Shown here one piece after another: positions 1 to 8,951 of a stretch of 64,000 bases of DNA; positions within the stretch are counted from its first letter, which is position 1, and every line of letters starts with the position of its first letter. The notes below the pieces were generated by a model. That model was not told where the DNA came from, searched no databases, and saw only the letters and a list, made by a program, of their open reading frames with translations. The position numbers and the translations under genes were made by a program. Source of the DNA: Candidatus Micrarchaeia archaeon (GTDB taxonomy: Archaea; Micrarchaeota; Micrarchaeia; Anstonellales; J096); contig JBGQMB010000001.1 in NCBI GenBank assembly GCA_041500405.1, forward strand, positions 20,376 to 84,375, in the 5' to 3' direction.

Positions 1-115
1 TTATGGCTTTTGCTATATTGTCAAGGTGCGAGTCAAAAACCGCCTTGTCCATGCCAAGAAGCTCAAGGAAATGGTATCTCACATCGCCTGGCCCAACGAG
101 GCTTATCCTTAGCAT
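1..115 (-). CDS. 5' part of a gene running off the window start (possible Rossmann/SLOG-like N-terminus)
   Basis: Hand translation from ATG at 115: MLRISLVGPGDVRYHFLELLGMDKAVFDSHLDNIAKAI..., open to the edge; starts 3 bp after the stop of the upstream minus-strand gene. Confidence 0.5.
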   Translation of the reverse strand, partial: MLRISLVGPGDVRYHFLELLGMDKAVFDSHLDNIAKAI

Positions 116-118
116 ATG

Positions 119-907
119 TCAATGTTGCGGAGGCTCGGTTTTAATGCTTTCCCTTTTTCCGAAATTGAACCTGAAAAAAGGCAAAACCTTGAACCTCTTT
201 GCCGTCTTGTCAATGTTCAAAAGGCCTATCTGGGCCCCGCGGAGGCGCTTTTTGCAGATGTTGACAAGGCCTATCGCCAAGCCGTCAAGCTCGGCAATAT
301 TGTTGATTGTGGCAAGCGCAATGCCCCTCATATAGTTTATCTCGTTCACGCCGATTGCGGATATGGAGGCGGCAAAGCCCCTCATTTCTCCTATAACATT
401 GAGCGAGTGCACAAGCCCAAGCGTGATGACTGCGGCAATGGGCCCGGCCCTGCCCAGGTCCGCCACAGAATACATGCCTCCAAATGACACCAATGCCTTG
501 TGCAGCTCCTTTATGTCTGTGATGGACAAAAGCAAAGACATCGTGGTGGCGCCTTCGGTCCTTTCAATGCTGCTTATAGCAACCCCTGCGCCGAGCGTAT
601 CCACGCTGATTCTGCACTTTCCAATCCTGTTCTCTGCCATAATGCCTGCCGCCAAAACGCTCTTTTCAGCAACCTCTATGTCGTTGGACGCCCCGACGCC
701 GAGCGCGGACACGCCGCCCCTTGCAACCTTGATTTCATTGTCAGCTTCGCAGATACAGGCCGTTCCAACGGCGCCTTCCGCGCGCTCTATTTTGTTTTTT
801 GCTGATGCGCAGAACGCCAAGATGCCCCTGCTCCTTTGGGCCTCGTCCAGCCTAAGGTTTCCCCTGAGCATTATCTGCGGCATGCGCGCTGCCATCATTT
901 TTTTCAT
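119..907 (-). CDS. hypothetical protein with short C-terminal G-x-x-I-G-x-x-N repeats
   Basis: 262 aa; repeats such as GLAIGLVN, GAQIGLLN, ISAIGVN; AT-rich promoter region upstream. Confidence 0.6.
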   Translation of the reverse strand: MKKMMAARMPQIMLRGNLRLDEAQRSRGILAFCASAKNKIERAEGAVGTACICEADNEIKVARGGVSALGVGASNDIEVAEKSVLAAGIMAENRIGKCRISVDTLGAGVAISSIERTEGATTMSLLLSITDIKELHKALVSFGGMYSVADLGRAGPIAAVITLGLVHSLNVIGEMRGFAASISAIGVNEINYMRGIALATINNIAELDGLAIGLVNICKKRLRGAQIGLLNIDKTAKRFKVLPFFRFNFGKRESIKTEPPQH

Positions 908-1003
908 GCATATCTTTAGTTAGTTATATTTTTTAAATGTTTGTGGAAGATAAAACAGATCCGGCGCATAAACCTTTTATATCTCCTTGGCATTTAGCTT
1001 TTC

Positions 1004-1309
1004 ATGGGAATAATATCTGAGTTCAAGGACTTCCTGCAGGAGTACAAGGTAATGGGCCTGGCAGTGGCGTTCATAATGGCTGTTGCGGCAACGGCGCTCG
1101 TGCAGTCGTTGGTCAGCAACATCATAATGCCGCTGGTTTCGCCGTTCATACCAGGCGGGGACTGGCAGACCGCGGTGCTTGCCATAGGGCCGTTTAACTT
1201 CGGCTGGGGCCCGTTCCTTGCTGCGCTGGTAAACTTCATCATAATCGCCTTTGCGGTGTTCCTTATCGCGAAGTCGCTGATGAAGGGAACCAAAGCCTCC
1301 AAGAAGTAA
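1004..1309 (+). CDS. mscL: large-conductance mechanosensitive channel
   Basis: EFKDFLQEYKVMGLAVAFIM...LVSNIIMP...WGPFLAALVNFIIIAF is the MscL TM1/TM2 pattern. Confidence 0.92.
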   Translation: MGIISEFKDFLQEYKVMGLAVAFIMAVAATALVQSLVSNIIMPLVSPFIPGGDWQTAVLAIGPFNFGWGPFLAALVNFIIIAFAVFLIAKSLMKGTKASKK

Positions 1310-1313
1310 ACCC

Positions 1314-1340
1314 TTTGTTTTTAATTTATTTTTTTAATTT
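1314..1340 (+). terminator. oligo-T archaeal-type terminator
   Basis: tttgtttttaatttatttttttaattt just after the mscL stop; near-identical tract at 39828-39857. Confidence 0.55.
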
Positions 1341-1467
1341 CTGCTGGCGCTTAGCCAGACCCCATATTCTTTCATATAACCATTCCATCCCTCTTTTTAC
1401 CCTTTACTCTATACCAATCATCGTCCCACATGGCAAGTTTTTTAAAGAGTTATTTTTAAATGCCCTT

Positions 1468-2229
1468 GTGGCGCCTGCAAAAAAGGCAGAAAAAAGCGAA
1501 AAGGCCAATGACGGCAACGGAGGGGTATGCACAATGCTCAAAAAATACATTCAGATGTTCCCGTTCGTGAGGAAGGAGCTGGGCGAGCTTGCGGCAAACC
1601 CGAACAAGGCAATGCCCAAGGAGATAGAAAACTCGACGGCAATCCGCGGCCTGAAGGACGCGGCAATCTCCGCATTCGTCTTTTCCACAGTCATGTCGCT
1701 TTTCTGGATTATATTTAGCATGCGGACCCTTCTGCCGGCGCTGGCGGCGATGCCCTTGGTCGTGGTTGGCATGGTGATAAGCGTATACGCAATTTCGCTT
1801 GTCGCGACGATTTTGTTAAACATTGTGCTTGAGCTGATTCCGACTGCCTGCGTGTATTATCTCATAGCAAAAGTCTTGGGCGGCAAGGGCTCATTTGGAA
1901 AGACCTTGGGAATGCTCAGCACGATATCGGCGCCTAGAAACCTCCTGCTCATCGCACTGCTTGTGATTTCGGGCATACTGATGGCGATTGTCAACACGTT
2001 CCTGGGAAGCCTTTACACAATCGCATACATACTGGTAATTCTGGGCGGCACTGCGCTGGCGTTCTTCCAGCTTTACCTCAACTACAAGATGGTCAGGATG
2101 CTCCACGGCCTTTCAAGGGGCAAGTCCGTTGTGGTTGTCGCGATTCCGCCTTTGATGGCGATTGCAGTTGTGATGGCGCTTGTGTCATGGATAATTTCCA
2201 TCGTTGCGTCCATAATGCCCGCCGCCTAG
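1468..2229 (+). CDS. Yip1-domain multi-pass membrane protein, paralogue 1 (start uncertain: GTG 1468 or ATG 1534)
   Basis: About five hydrophobic helices with IAKVLGGKGSFGKT motif; TATA-like TTTTTAAA just upstream of 1468. Confidence 0.75.
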   Translation: MAPAKKAEKSEKANDGNGGVCTMLKKYIQMFPFVRKELGELAANPNKAMPKEIENSTAIRGLKDAAISAFVFSTVMSLFWIIFSMRTLLPALAAMPLVVVGMVISVYAISLVATILLNIVLELIPTACVYYLIAKVLGGKGSFGKTLGMLSTISAPRNLLLIALLVISGILMAIVNTFLGSLYTIAYILVILGGTALAFFQLYLNYKMVRMLHGLSRGKSVVVVAIPPLMAIAVVMALVSWIISIVASIMPAA

Positions 2230-2278
2230 GCGCGCGGGCCCGTTTCCATTTTTAAATTTTTCCTATCCAGCGTAGGCT

Positions 2279-2992
2279 ATGGCAGACAATTCTTGGGTTG
2301 TTGGTCTTAAGGACCTGATAAGGAAATACATTATGATTTTCCCGTTCGTGAGGAAGAAGGAATTCACAGAAATAATAATAAACCCGGATTCCGCGATCCC
2401 GAACGAGATAAAGACGTCCTCGATAGGCAAGGGATTCAAGGATGCAGTGGTGCCCTACCTTTTCATCGTCATCATAGGGTCCGTAATCAGCGCTTTGATA
2501 AGCATTGCAATGTCTGCGGCCGGACTTGGCGCTGCCGGGATTGTGAATACGGTAATATCAAGCGCCATCCAGTTCGTAATCGCGCTGGTCATCGCCCCCA
2601 TTTTCCTTGCGGTTGCGCTGTTCCTGACAGCGGCGCTGTATTTCATCCTGGCAAAGGTGCTTGGCGGAAAAGGCAGTTTCGGGAAGACGATGGGCATGCT
2701 CGGCACCATAGTGGGCCCGATATGCCTGCTCAACATAATAACCAACATTTTGAGCGTGATACCGCTGGTTGCATGCATAGCGGCCATACCGGCGCTGGCA
2801 ATAAGCATATACTGCCTTTACCTTAACTTCAGGATGGTCAAGGCGCTGCACAGCCTGGATGATATTAAGGCGGCGGTGGTCGTAATAATACCGATACTGC
2901 TGGCGATTGCGCTTACCATTGCCGTGATAGCGGTGATGGCATCCATGCTGGGAATGGCGGCATACACGCAGGCATTGCCGTCCACGGGCTGA
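2279..2992 (+). CDS. Yip1-domain membrane protein, paralogue 2
   Basis: LAKVLGGKGSFGKTMGML, final LHSL..KAAVVVIIP helix, shared KYIMIFPFVRK N-terminal motif. Confidence 0.8.
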   Translation: MADNSWVVGLKDLIRKYIMIFPFVRKKEFTEIIINPDSAIPNEIKTSSIGKGFKDAVVPYLFIVIIGSVISALISIAMSAAGLGAAGIVNTVISSAIQFVIALVIAPIFLAVALFLTAALYFILAKVLGGKGSFGKTMGMLGTIVGPICLLNIITNILSVIPLVACIAAIPALAISIYCLYLNFRMVKALHSLDDIKAAVVVIIPILLAIALTIAVIAVMASMLGMAAYTQALPSTG

Positions 2993-3058
2993 ACCGGGAT
3001 ACATTTAAAAGTCTTTCCGGGCATGGATTGCACTTAGCGTTGACAATTGGGTGATTAT

Positions 3059-3172
3059 TTGGGCTCAAAACCAAGAAAATGGAAGAAGAAAGGCAAAATG
3101 AGATGGAAATGGATAAAGAAGAGAAGAAAAAGGCTCAAGAGAAAGCTTAAGAGAAGGGTCGGCGAGCTTTGA
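3059..3172 (+). CDS. rpl41e: ribosomal protein eL41 (eS32), 37 aa, not in ORF track
   Basis: TTG start after [46 protein letters not shown] matches the archaeal L41e pattern [18 protein letters not shown]. Confidence 0.93.
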   Translation: MGSKPRKWKKKGKMRWKWIKKRRKRLKRKLKRRVGEL

Positions 3173-3221
3173 AGTTGCGTCGGACCCTCATTTTTTAAAC
3201 ATTTACTGCGCAAAACAGAAT

Positions 3222-3950
3222 ATGGCAGAGAATTCCCTGATTATTACGCTGAAGGACTGGACAAGGAAATACATAATGCTTTTTCCGTATATTAGGAAAA
3301 AGGAATTCGCTGGTATGGTAACCAACCCTGATTCCGCAATCCAGGCCGAGGTAAATTCAGCCTCAGCGTTGAAAGGGGTTGGTGATGCCATACTTTCGTT
3401 GTGGCTATACATAATAACAAAGTCTTGTTTTGTTATAGTTTTGTTCCTTGCGGCAGTCATCATATCAGCTTTTGCCAGCAGAGCAGCAGGCGTCGCAAGC
3501 ACATATAGCAGCGGAGAATTAATGGGCCCAATCGCAACCCTAGTTTTGAATTCAGCCAGTGCGCTCGTAATCTTGCCTTTTTTACTGGCCATTGGACTGT
3601 TTATTGCGGCCGTCATATATTTTGTTGTCGCGAAGATACTCGGCGGAAAGGGAAGCTTCGGCAAGACGATGGGAATGCTCGGCACCATAGCAGGCATCGT
3701 ATTCCTGCTCACGATAATACCAGACATTTTGTGCATTATTCCATTTGGTATATTGATAGCGGCTATACCATTATTGGCCGTATTGATTTTCGCCCTTTAC
3801 CTCAATTTCAAGATGATCCAGAGCCTTCACGGACTCAGCGGCATCAAGGCAGCGGCCGTGGTGGTAATATCGTTGCTGATAATAACCGCTCCATTTATCC
3901 TTGCCGGAGCCGTGCTGTTAATGCTATTATTCAATTTTGCACATATGTAA
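3222..3950 (+). CDS. Yip1-domain membrane protein, paralogue 3
   Basis: VAKILGGKGSFGKTMGML and KYIMLFPYIRK motifs shared with paralogues 1 and 2. Confidence 0.8.
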   Translation: MAENSLIITLKDWTRKYIMLFPYIRKKEFAGMVTNPDSAIQAEVNSASALKGVGDAILSLWLYIITKSCFVIVLFLAAVIISAFASRAAGVASTYSSGELMGPIATLVLNSASALVILPFLLAIGLFIAAVIYFVVAKILGGKGSFGKTMGMLGTIAGIVFLLTIIPDILCIIPFGILIAAIPLLAVLIFALYLNFKMIQSLHGLSGIKAAAVVVISLLIITAPFILAGAVLLMLLFNFAHM

Positions 3951-3988
3951 GTTCTGGCATCCGTGCTGGCGTGGGTTTAACGAATAGA

Positions 3989-5320
3989 TCATTTCGTTTC
4001 CTTGTACAGTTTCTCCATCCTTGCGTACAATCCCTTTCCGTTTTTTGCAGCAAGTTTTTCGTCCATCGAGCTTGCCCATATCCTTATCAGCGGCTCCGTT
4101 CCGCTTACCCTTACCATAATCCAGTAATCCTTGTAGTCAACCCTTGTGGTCTCGTTGTCCATGTTTATTGCATTGTCCTTCTCGAACGTTTTCCTCACCT
4201 TTGCCATGAATTTTGCCGATTTTGCCTTGTCCATCATAAGCTTTTCCTTGTGTATGTGCCAAACCGGAAGCACGGAAACAAGGTTCTTCAGCTTTTTGCC
4301 GTCAAGCATCTCCATTATCTTCAATGCGGTGAACATGCCGTCCTTTGCCAGGCTCAATTCCTTCCAGATTGTCCCGCCTACCTCCTCCCCGCCTGCCATC
4401 ATGCCGTCTTCCAGCATCTTCTCGGCAACATAGGAAGCCCCGACCTTCGTGTACCTTACCTTGAAGCCGGCCTTTTCCGCAATGTGGTTCACGAGCTTCG
4501 AGCTTGCAATCGTTGTCGCAACGTCCCCCTTCAGCCCCTCCTCGTACATCTTCTTCACTGCAAGCGAGAACACAACATCCCCGCTTACGAAATTTCCGTT
4601 TTCATCAACCATGCTCAGCCTGTCGCCATCCCCGTCAAAGGCCAGGCCAGGCAGGCCCTGGCTCCTGCATGTTTCCATGAGCAGCTTGAGGTTTGCCTGC
4701 GAGGGCTCCGACTCCCTTCCGGGGAAGTTTCCGTCCATCGTGGCGTTGAGCCAAACGGTGTCCAGCTCAAGCTCCCTGAGTATCTTTGAGAATATGTCAA
4801 CAGTGACGCCGTTTCCGTAGTCAACCACAAACCTCTTTCCCTTCAGCTTTTTCCTGTCTATGAGCTCAAGCACCCTTTCTATGTAGAATGCGGATGCGCT
4901 CTCGCGCCTGTCCCTATCCTTTCCAACGCAGTTCCAGTTTGCAAGGCTCGTGCCCTTCGCGACCATTTTGTTTGACGTTTCCTTGTTTATGATTACGCCT
5001 CTCCTGTCGGCTATCTTTATGCCGTTGTACTCCGGAGGGTTGTGGCTCGCCGTGACTATGAAAAGGCCGTCATACCTCTTGAATGTGTTGTAGAACTCCG
5101 CAACCGGGCTCGGGCAGTATCCAAGCTCTATGGCATCGCTTCCGCCGTCCATTATGCCGGAAATCAGGCTATGGTATATTGAAGGCGATGTAAGCCTGTG
5201 GTCCATCGCAACGACGATGTTCTTGCCCAGCTGGGGCGCGAAAATGTTGCCTATCTCGTATGCAGTCCTGCCGTTTATCTCGTCGAATAGCCCCCTGACG
5301 CCCGATGTTCCGAAGTCCAT
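3989..5320 (-). CDS. alpha-D-phosphohexomutase (PGM/PMM/GlmM family)
   Basis: FGTSGVRG, phosphoserine loop TASHNP, metal loop FDGDGDR, GGEE, VRVSGTEP. Confidence 0.95.
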   Translation of the reverse strand: MDFGTSGVRGLFDEINGRTAYEIGNIFAPQLGKNIVVAMDHRLTSPSIYHSLISGIMDGGSDAIELGYCPSPVAEFYNTFKRYDGLFIVTASHNPPEYNGIKIADRRGVIINKETSNKMVAKGTSLANWNCVGKDRDRRESASAFYIERVLELIDRKKLKGKRFVVDYGNGVTVDIFSKILRELELDTVWLNATMDGNFPGRESEPSQANLKLLMETCRSQGLPGLAFDGDGDRLSMVDENGNFVSGDVVFSLAVKKMYEEGLKGDVATTIASSKLVNHIAEKAGFKVRYTKVGASYVAEKMLEDGMMAGGEEVGGTIWKELSLAKDGMFTALKIMEMLDGKKLKNLVSVLPVWHIHKEKLMMDKAKSAKFMAKVRKTFEKDNAINMDNETTRVDYKDYWIMVRVSGTEPLIRIWASSMDEKLAAKNGKGLYARMEKLYKETK

Positions 5321-5427
5321 ATTCAACAATTCTTGATATAATGCTTAAAAAGGTTTCAATTTTCCGCCGAACCATAAACATATAAAAACAGTTATATACA
5401 CAGATTACTCTTCATATAGGTGCCAAA

Positions 5428-6693
5428 ATGAGCGAAACGTCACATAAGCAAAAAAGACATAAGGACCACCCGGCGGCAAGGCTGGGGAAGTTCTTCTTTG
5501 AATCAAAGGAGGGCGCAAAAAGGCTGCTGCCGCTCAAGCTGGCCCTTAAAAGGCAGGAGCATTTTGAGAGGCTTACGATAGCGGCAATACAGGAGATATC
5601 CGCGGACGCCCTGTTCTTTGTCGGCATGGACAAGAAGGTAATAAGCTGCAGCGACTCCGCATCTGGCATCTTCGGGTACGGAAAAGGCGAGCTTATTGGC
5701 ATGGACGCATCAGTGTTCCTTCCAAGTGAGGATAAGGTAAGGCCGGTGCACGGCCAAATAGCAAAGAGGGTTTGCACATTCATAAGGAAGGACGGCTCAA
5801 CGTTTTCTGGGGAGCTTTGCGGAAAGGTCGTGAACGACCATAAAGGCAAGCCCTCTTTCGTCGTGATTTCAGTTTGGGACACCACAGACAGGGAAAGGAG
5901 CCTCATGGAGCAAAAAGCCGAGAGCGCGACAATAGTTGGCAGCGGCCTTGCGCACGACATCAACAACATGTTGGGTGCAGTTTTGGGCAATGTTGAACTG
6001 GCGAAAAGCAATGTCCCGCAGCATGGAATGGACCATGCCAACCCGGCCAAGTGCCTGGCGTACTTGTCAAAGGCCATGGAATCAATCATGGCGATAAGGG
6101 GGCTCACGCAAATGTTCAATGACATCTCAGGCTTTACAGTAATGAGGGGCGAGCGCGTTGACCTTGAGCCCATCATGGGCTATCTGTTCGACAAGATAAA
6201 GGACAATGCAGGCAAGGCAAACGTCAATCTCGATTTCACGGGCGGAAAGGATTGCGCATTCCTTGGGGACCCGATAAAGACATTGGAAATGCTTGAGATG
6301 TTCGCCGTAAACGCCATAGAGGCGATGGAAGGGAAGGGCGGAATCCTGCGCATAAGGGTGTTCAAAAGGAACATAGATGCAGCCGGGGCGCCGGGAGACC
6401 CGCTTAGCCCAAGCAGGTGGGCAAGGCGCGATGCGCAAGGAAGGGATTCGATAATGATAACAGTGGCGGATACCGGAAAAGGCATGGACGAAAAGACCAA
6501 AAGGAAGATATTTGATCCCTATTTCTCCACCAAGGACAGGGGATCGCAGAAGGGCATGGGCCTGAGCCTTGCTGTTGCGCATTCCCTGATAAGCATATTC
6601 AAGGGGGACATAAAAGTGAATTCCGCTCCGGGCAAGGGAACGACCTTTTGGATGAGGTTTCCGGCGGCCGGCCAGGAGGACCGCAACATATAA
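5428..6693 (+). CDS. cytoplasmic PAS-domain sensor histidine kinase
   Basis: PAS-like IFGYGKGELIG...RKDGSTF; H-box LAHDINNML; N-box VNAIEAM; DTGKGM; IFDPYFSTK; GMGLSL; PGKGTTF. Confidence 0.92.
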   Translation: MSETSHKQKRHKDHPAARLGKFFFESKEGAKRLLPLKLALKRQEHFERLTIAAIQEISADALFFVGMDKKVISCSDSASGIFGYGKGELIGMDASVFLPSEDKVRPVHGQIAKRVCTFIRKDGSTFSGELCGKVVNDHKGKPSFVVISVWDTTDRERSLMEQKAESATIVGSGLAHDINNMLGAVLGNVELAKSNVPQHGMDHANPAKCLAYLSKAMESIMAIRGLTQMFNDISGFTVMRGERVDLEPIMGYLFDKIKDNAGKANVNLDFTGGKDCAFLGDPIKTLEMLEMFAVNAIEAMEGKGGILRIRVFKRNIDAAGAPGDPLSPSRWARRDAQGRDSIMITVADTGKGMDEKTKRKIFDPYFSTKDRGSQKGMGLSLAVAHSLISIFKGDIKVNSAPGKGTTFWMRFPAAGQEDRNI

Positions 6694-6747
6694 AAGCATA
6701 TTCTCCTGAATTATCCTTTGCAAACTCATGATTAGCAGGTGTCAATA

Positions 6748-8943
6748 ATGGGAAAGAAAGAATTCGTTGTAGAAGAAGTGCAGAAAATAATGGACGACCT
6801 TAAACACGTCAGGAACGTCGCGATAGTCGCGCACGTCGACCACGGAAAGACGACGCTTACAGACTCGCTTGTCGCAAGGGCCGGCCTGATATCCAAGGAA
6901 TTGGCAGGCTCCCAGAGGGTTATGGACTACGATGAGCAGGAGCAGAAAAGGGGCATCACAATCAAGGCGGCGAACATATCCCTTGGATTTACGTATGAGG
7001 GCAGCGACTACCTCATCAACCTGATTGACACGCCAGGCCACGTGGACTTCGGCGGGCACGTCACAAGGGCCATGAGGGCGGTCGACGGCGTCGTTGTGGT
7101 CGTTGACTCAGTGGAAGGCGTGATGCCGCAGACTGAAACGGTCCTGAGGCAGGCGCTCAAGGAAAGGGCGAAGCCGGTCATATTCATAAACAAGGTCGAC
7201 AGGCTGATAAACGAGCTCAAGCTGACCAAGGAGCAGATGATTGAAAGGCTAACGAAGCTGATAATCAACATCAACAAGATAATACAGACCTCGGCACCGC
7301 CGGAATTCAAGGAAGACTGGGCGGTTTCGGTTGAGAATGGCAAGGTGGTGATAGGGTCCGCGTTCAACAAATGGGCGCTCAGCATAACGTCCATGAAGAA
7401 AACCGGGATAAACCTCGGGGACATTTACACCAAGGTTGAGGCAGGGGACCACAAATACCTTGTGGAAAAATCCCCGCTTGACGAAGTCCTGCTTGAGATA
7501 ATAATAAAGCACCTTCCCACGCCTTTTGTTGCGCAGAAATACAGGATACCGGTGCTGTGGAAAGGGGACCTTAACTCGCCGGTCGGCCAGAGCATGCTAA
7601 ACTGCGACAGAAACGCGCCGGTTGTCGGCATCATTTTCGTCGTGGTCCATGACGAGCACGCAGGCGAAGTCGGGGTGGCGAGGATTTTCGCCGGAAAGGT
7701 GGAAAAAGGGACACAGCTTTATCTCGCATCCAAGATGACATACGCCAAGGCCCAGCAGACCGCGATATACATGGGCCCTGACAGGATAGGGACGGAAAAG
7801 GTAACAGCAGGGAACATCGGCGCAATAATCGGCCTCCGCGACCTTTATGTGGGGGAAACGATATCCTCGGAGCCGATAGAGCCGTTCGAGCAGATAAAGC
7901 ACTACTCGGAGCCAGTGGTAACCAAATCCATAGAGGCGAAAAACAGCAAGGACCTTGGCAAGCTGATTGACGCGCTGAGAGGGATATCAAAGGAGGATCC
8001 GACGCTAAAAGTCGCGCTGAACCAGGAAACCGGGGAGCACCTCATAAGCGGCATGGGCGAACTGCACCTTGAAATCATTGAATACAAGATAAGGGAAGAG
8101 AAGAAGATACCGATTGAGACCTCTCCGCCGATTGTCGTTTACAGGGAGACTATGACAAGGGCCGGCCCGATAAGCGAGGGAAAGTCGCCAAACAAGCACA
8201 ACAAGTTCTACATAAAGGCAGAGCCCCTGTCCAAGGAAGTCATGCAGATGCTGGACAACGGGGAAATCAAGGAAGGCGTCCCGAAGGGAAAGAACCAGGA
8301 GGTTGTGGACAAGCTTGTCGCCGCCGGATGGGACAGGGACGAGGCCAAGGGAATATGGGACGTTTACAACAGGAACATAATTGTGGACGCCACCAAGGGA
8401 GTCCAGTACCTGAATGAGGTGCAGGAGCTTGCCATCCAGTCCTTCGAGGACGCGATGGACAGGGGGCCCCTTGCCCAGGAAAAGGTTTCGGGGCTCAAGA
8501 TAACGATTGACGACGTTTCGCTCCACGAAGACAACGTGCACCGCGGACCGGCCCAGATTCTGCCGGCAGTGAGGAACGCGATATACGTTTCCATGATAAG
8601 CGGCGGCATAGTGCTGCTTGAGCCGAAGCAGAAGGTGCTTATCCAGGTGCCGCATGATTACGCAGGGGACATAATCAACCTCGTGAACGGAAAGAGGGGG
8701 CAGATGGTCAACATGGAGCAGGAGGAGGACCTGACAAAGATTGTGGAAATCCTCCCGGTCGTTGAGATGTTCGGGTTCTCGAACACGCTCAGGGGCGCGT
8801 CCCAGGGAAGGGCGATTTGGTACCAGGAGTATGCGGGGTATGACCCGCTTCCGGTAAACCTCCAAGCAAAGATTGTGGAGGACACGAGGAAGAGAAAAGG
8901 GCTTCCGCCGCAGCCGCCGAACGCGCAGCACTTCATGGAATAA
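6748..8943 (+). CDS. fusA: archaeal elongation factor 2
   Basis: AHVDHGKTT, RGITI, DTPGHVDF, NKVD, diphthamide loop HEDNVHRGPAQ. Confidence 0.98.
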   Translation: MGKKEFVVEEVQKIMDDLKHVRNVAIVAHVDHGKTTLTDSLVARAGLISKELAGSQRVMDYDEQEQKRGITIKAANISLGFTYEGSDYLINLIDTPGHVDFGGHVTRAMRAVDGVVVVVDSVEGVMPQTETVLRQALKERAKPVIFINKVDRLINELKLTKEQMIERLTKLIININKIIQTSAPPEFKEDWAVSVENGKVVIGSAFNKWALSITSMKKTGINLGDIYTKVEAGDHKYLVEKSPLDEVLLEIIIKHLPTPFVAQKYRIPVLWKGDLNSPVGQSMLNCDRNAPVVGIIFVVVHDEHAGEVGVARIFAGKVEKGTQLYLASKMTYAKAQQTAIYMGPDRIGTEKVTAGNIGAIIGLRDLYVGETISSEPIEPFEQIKHYSEPVVTKSIEAKNSKDLGKLIDALRGISKEDPTLKVALNQETGEHLISGMGELHLEIIEYKIREEKKIPIETSPPIVVYRETMTRAGPISEGKSPNKHNKFYIKAEPLSKEVMQMLDNGEIKEGVPKGKNQEVVDKLVAAGWDRDEAKGIWDVYNRNIIVDATKGVQYLNEVQELAIQSFEDAMDRGPLAQEKVSGLKITIDDVSLHEDNVHRGPAQILPAVRNAIYVSMISGGIVLLEPKQKVLIQVPHDYAGDIINLVNGKRGQMVNMEQEEDLTKIVEILPVVEMFGFSNTLRGASQGRAIWYQEYAGYDPLPVNLQAKIVEDTRKRKGLPPQPPNAQHFME

Positions 8944-8951
8944 AGGGAGCG

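Noticed and set aside
1315..1467. N-terminal extension of the first Yip1 ORF
   Set aside because: Runs through a terminator-like T tract and promoter-like sequence; paralogues start later
3731..4789. 352-aa plus-strand ORF
   Set aside because: Antisense shadow of the phosphohexomutase gene; no motifs
8005..8931. 308-aa minus-strand ORF
   Set aside because: Antisense to aEF-2; codon-bias artefact
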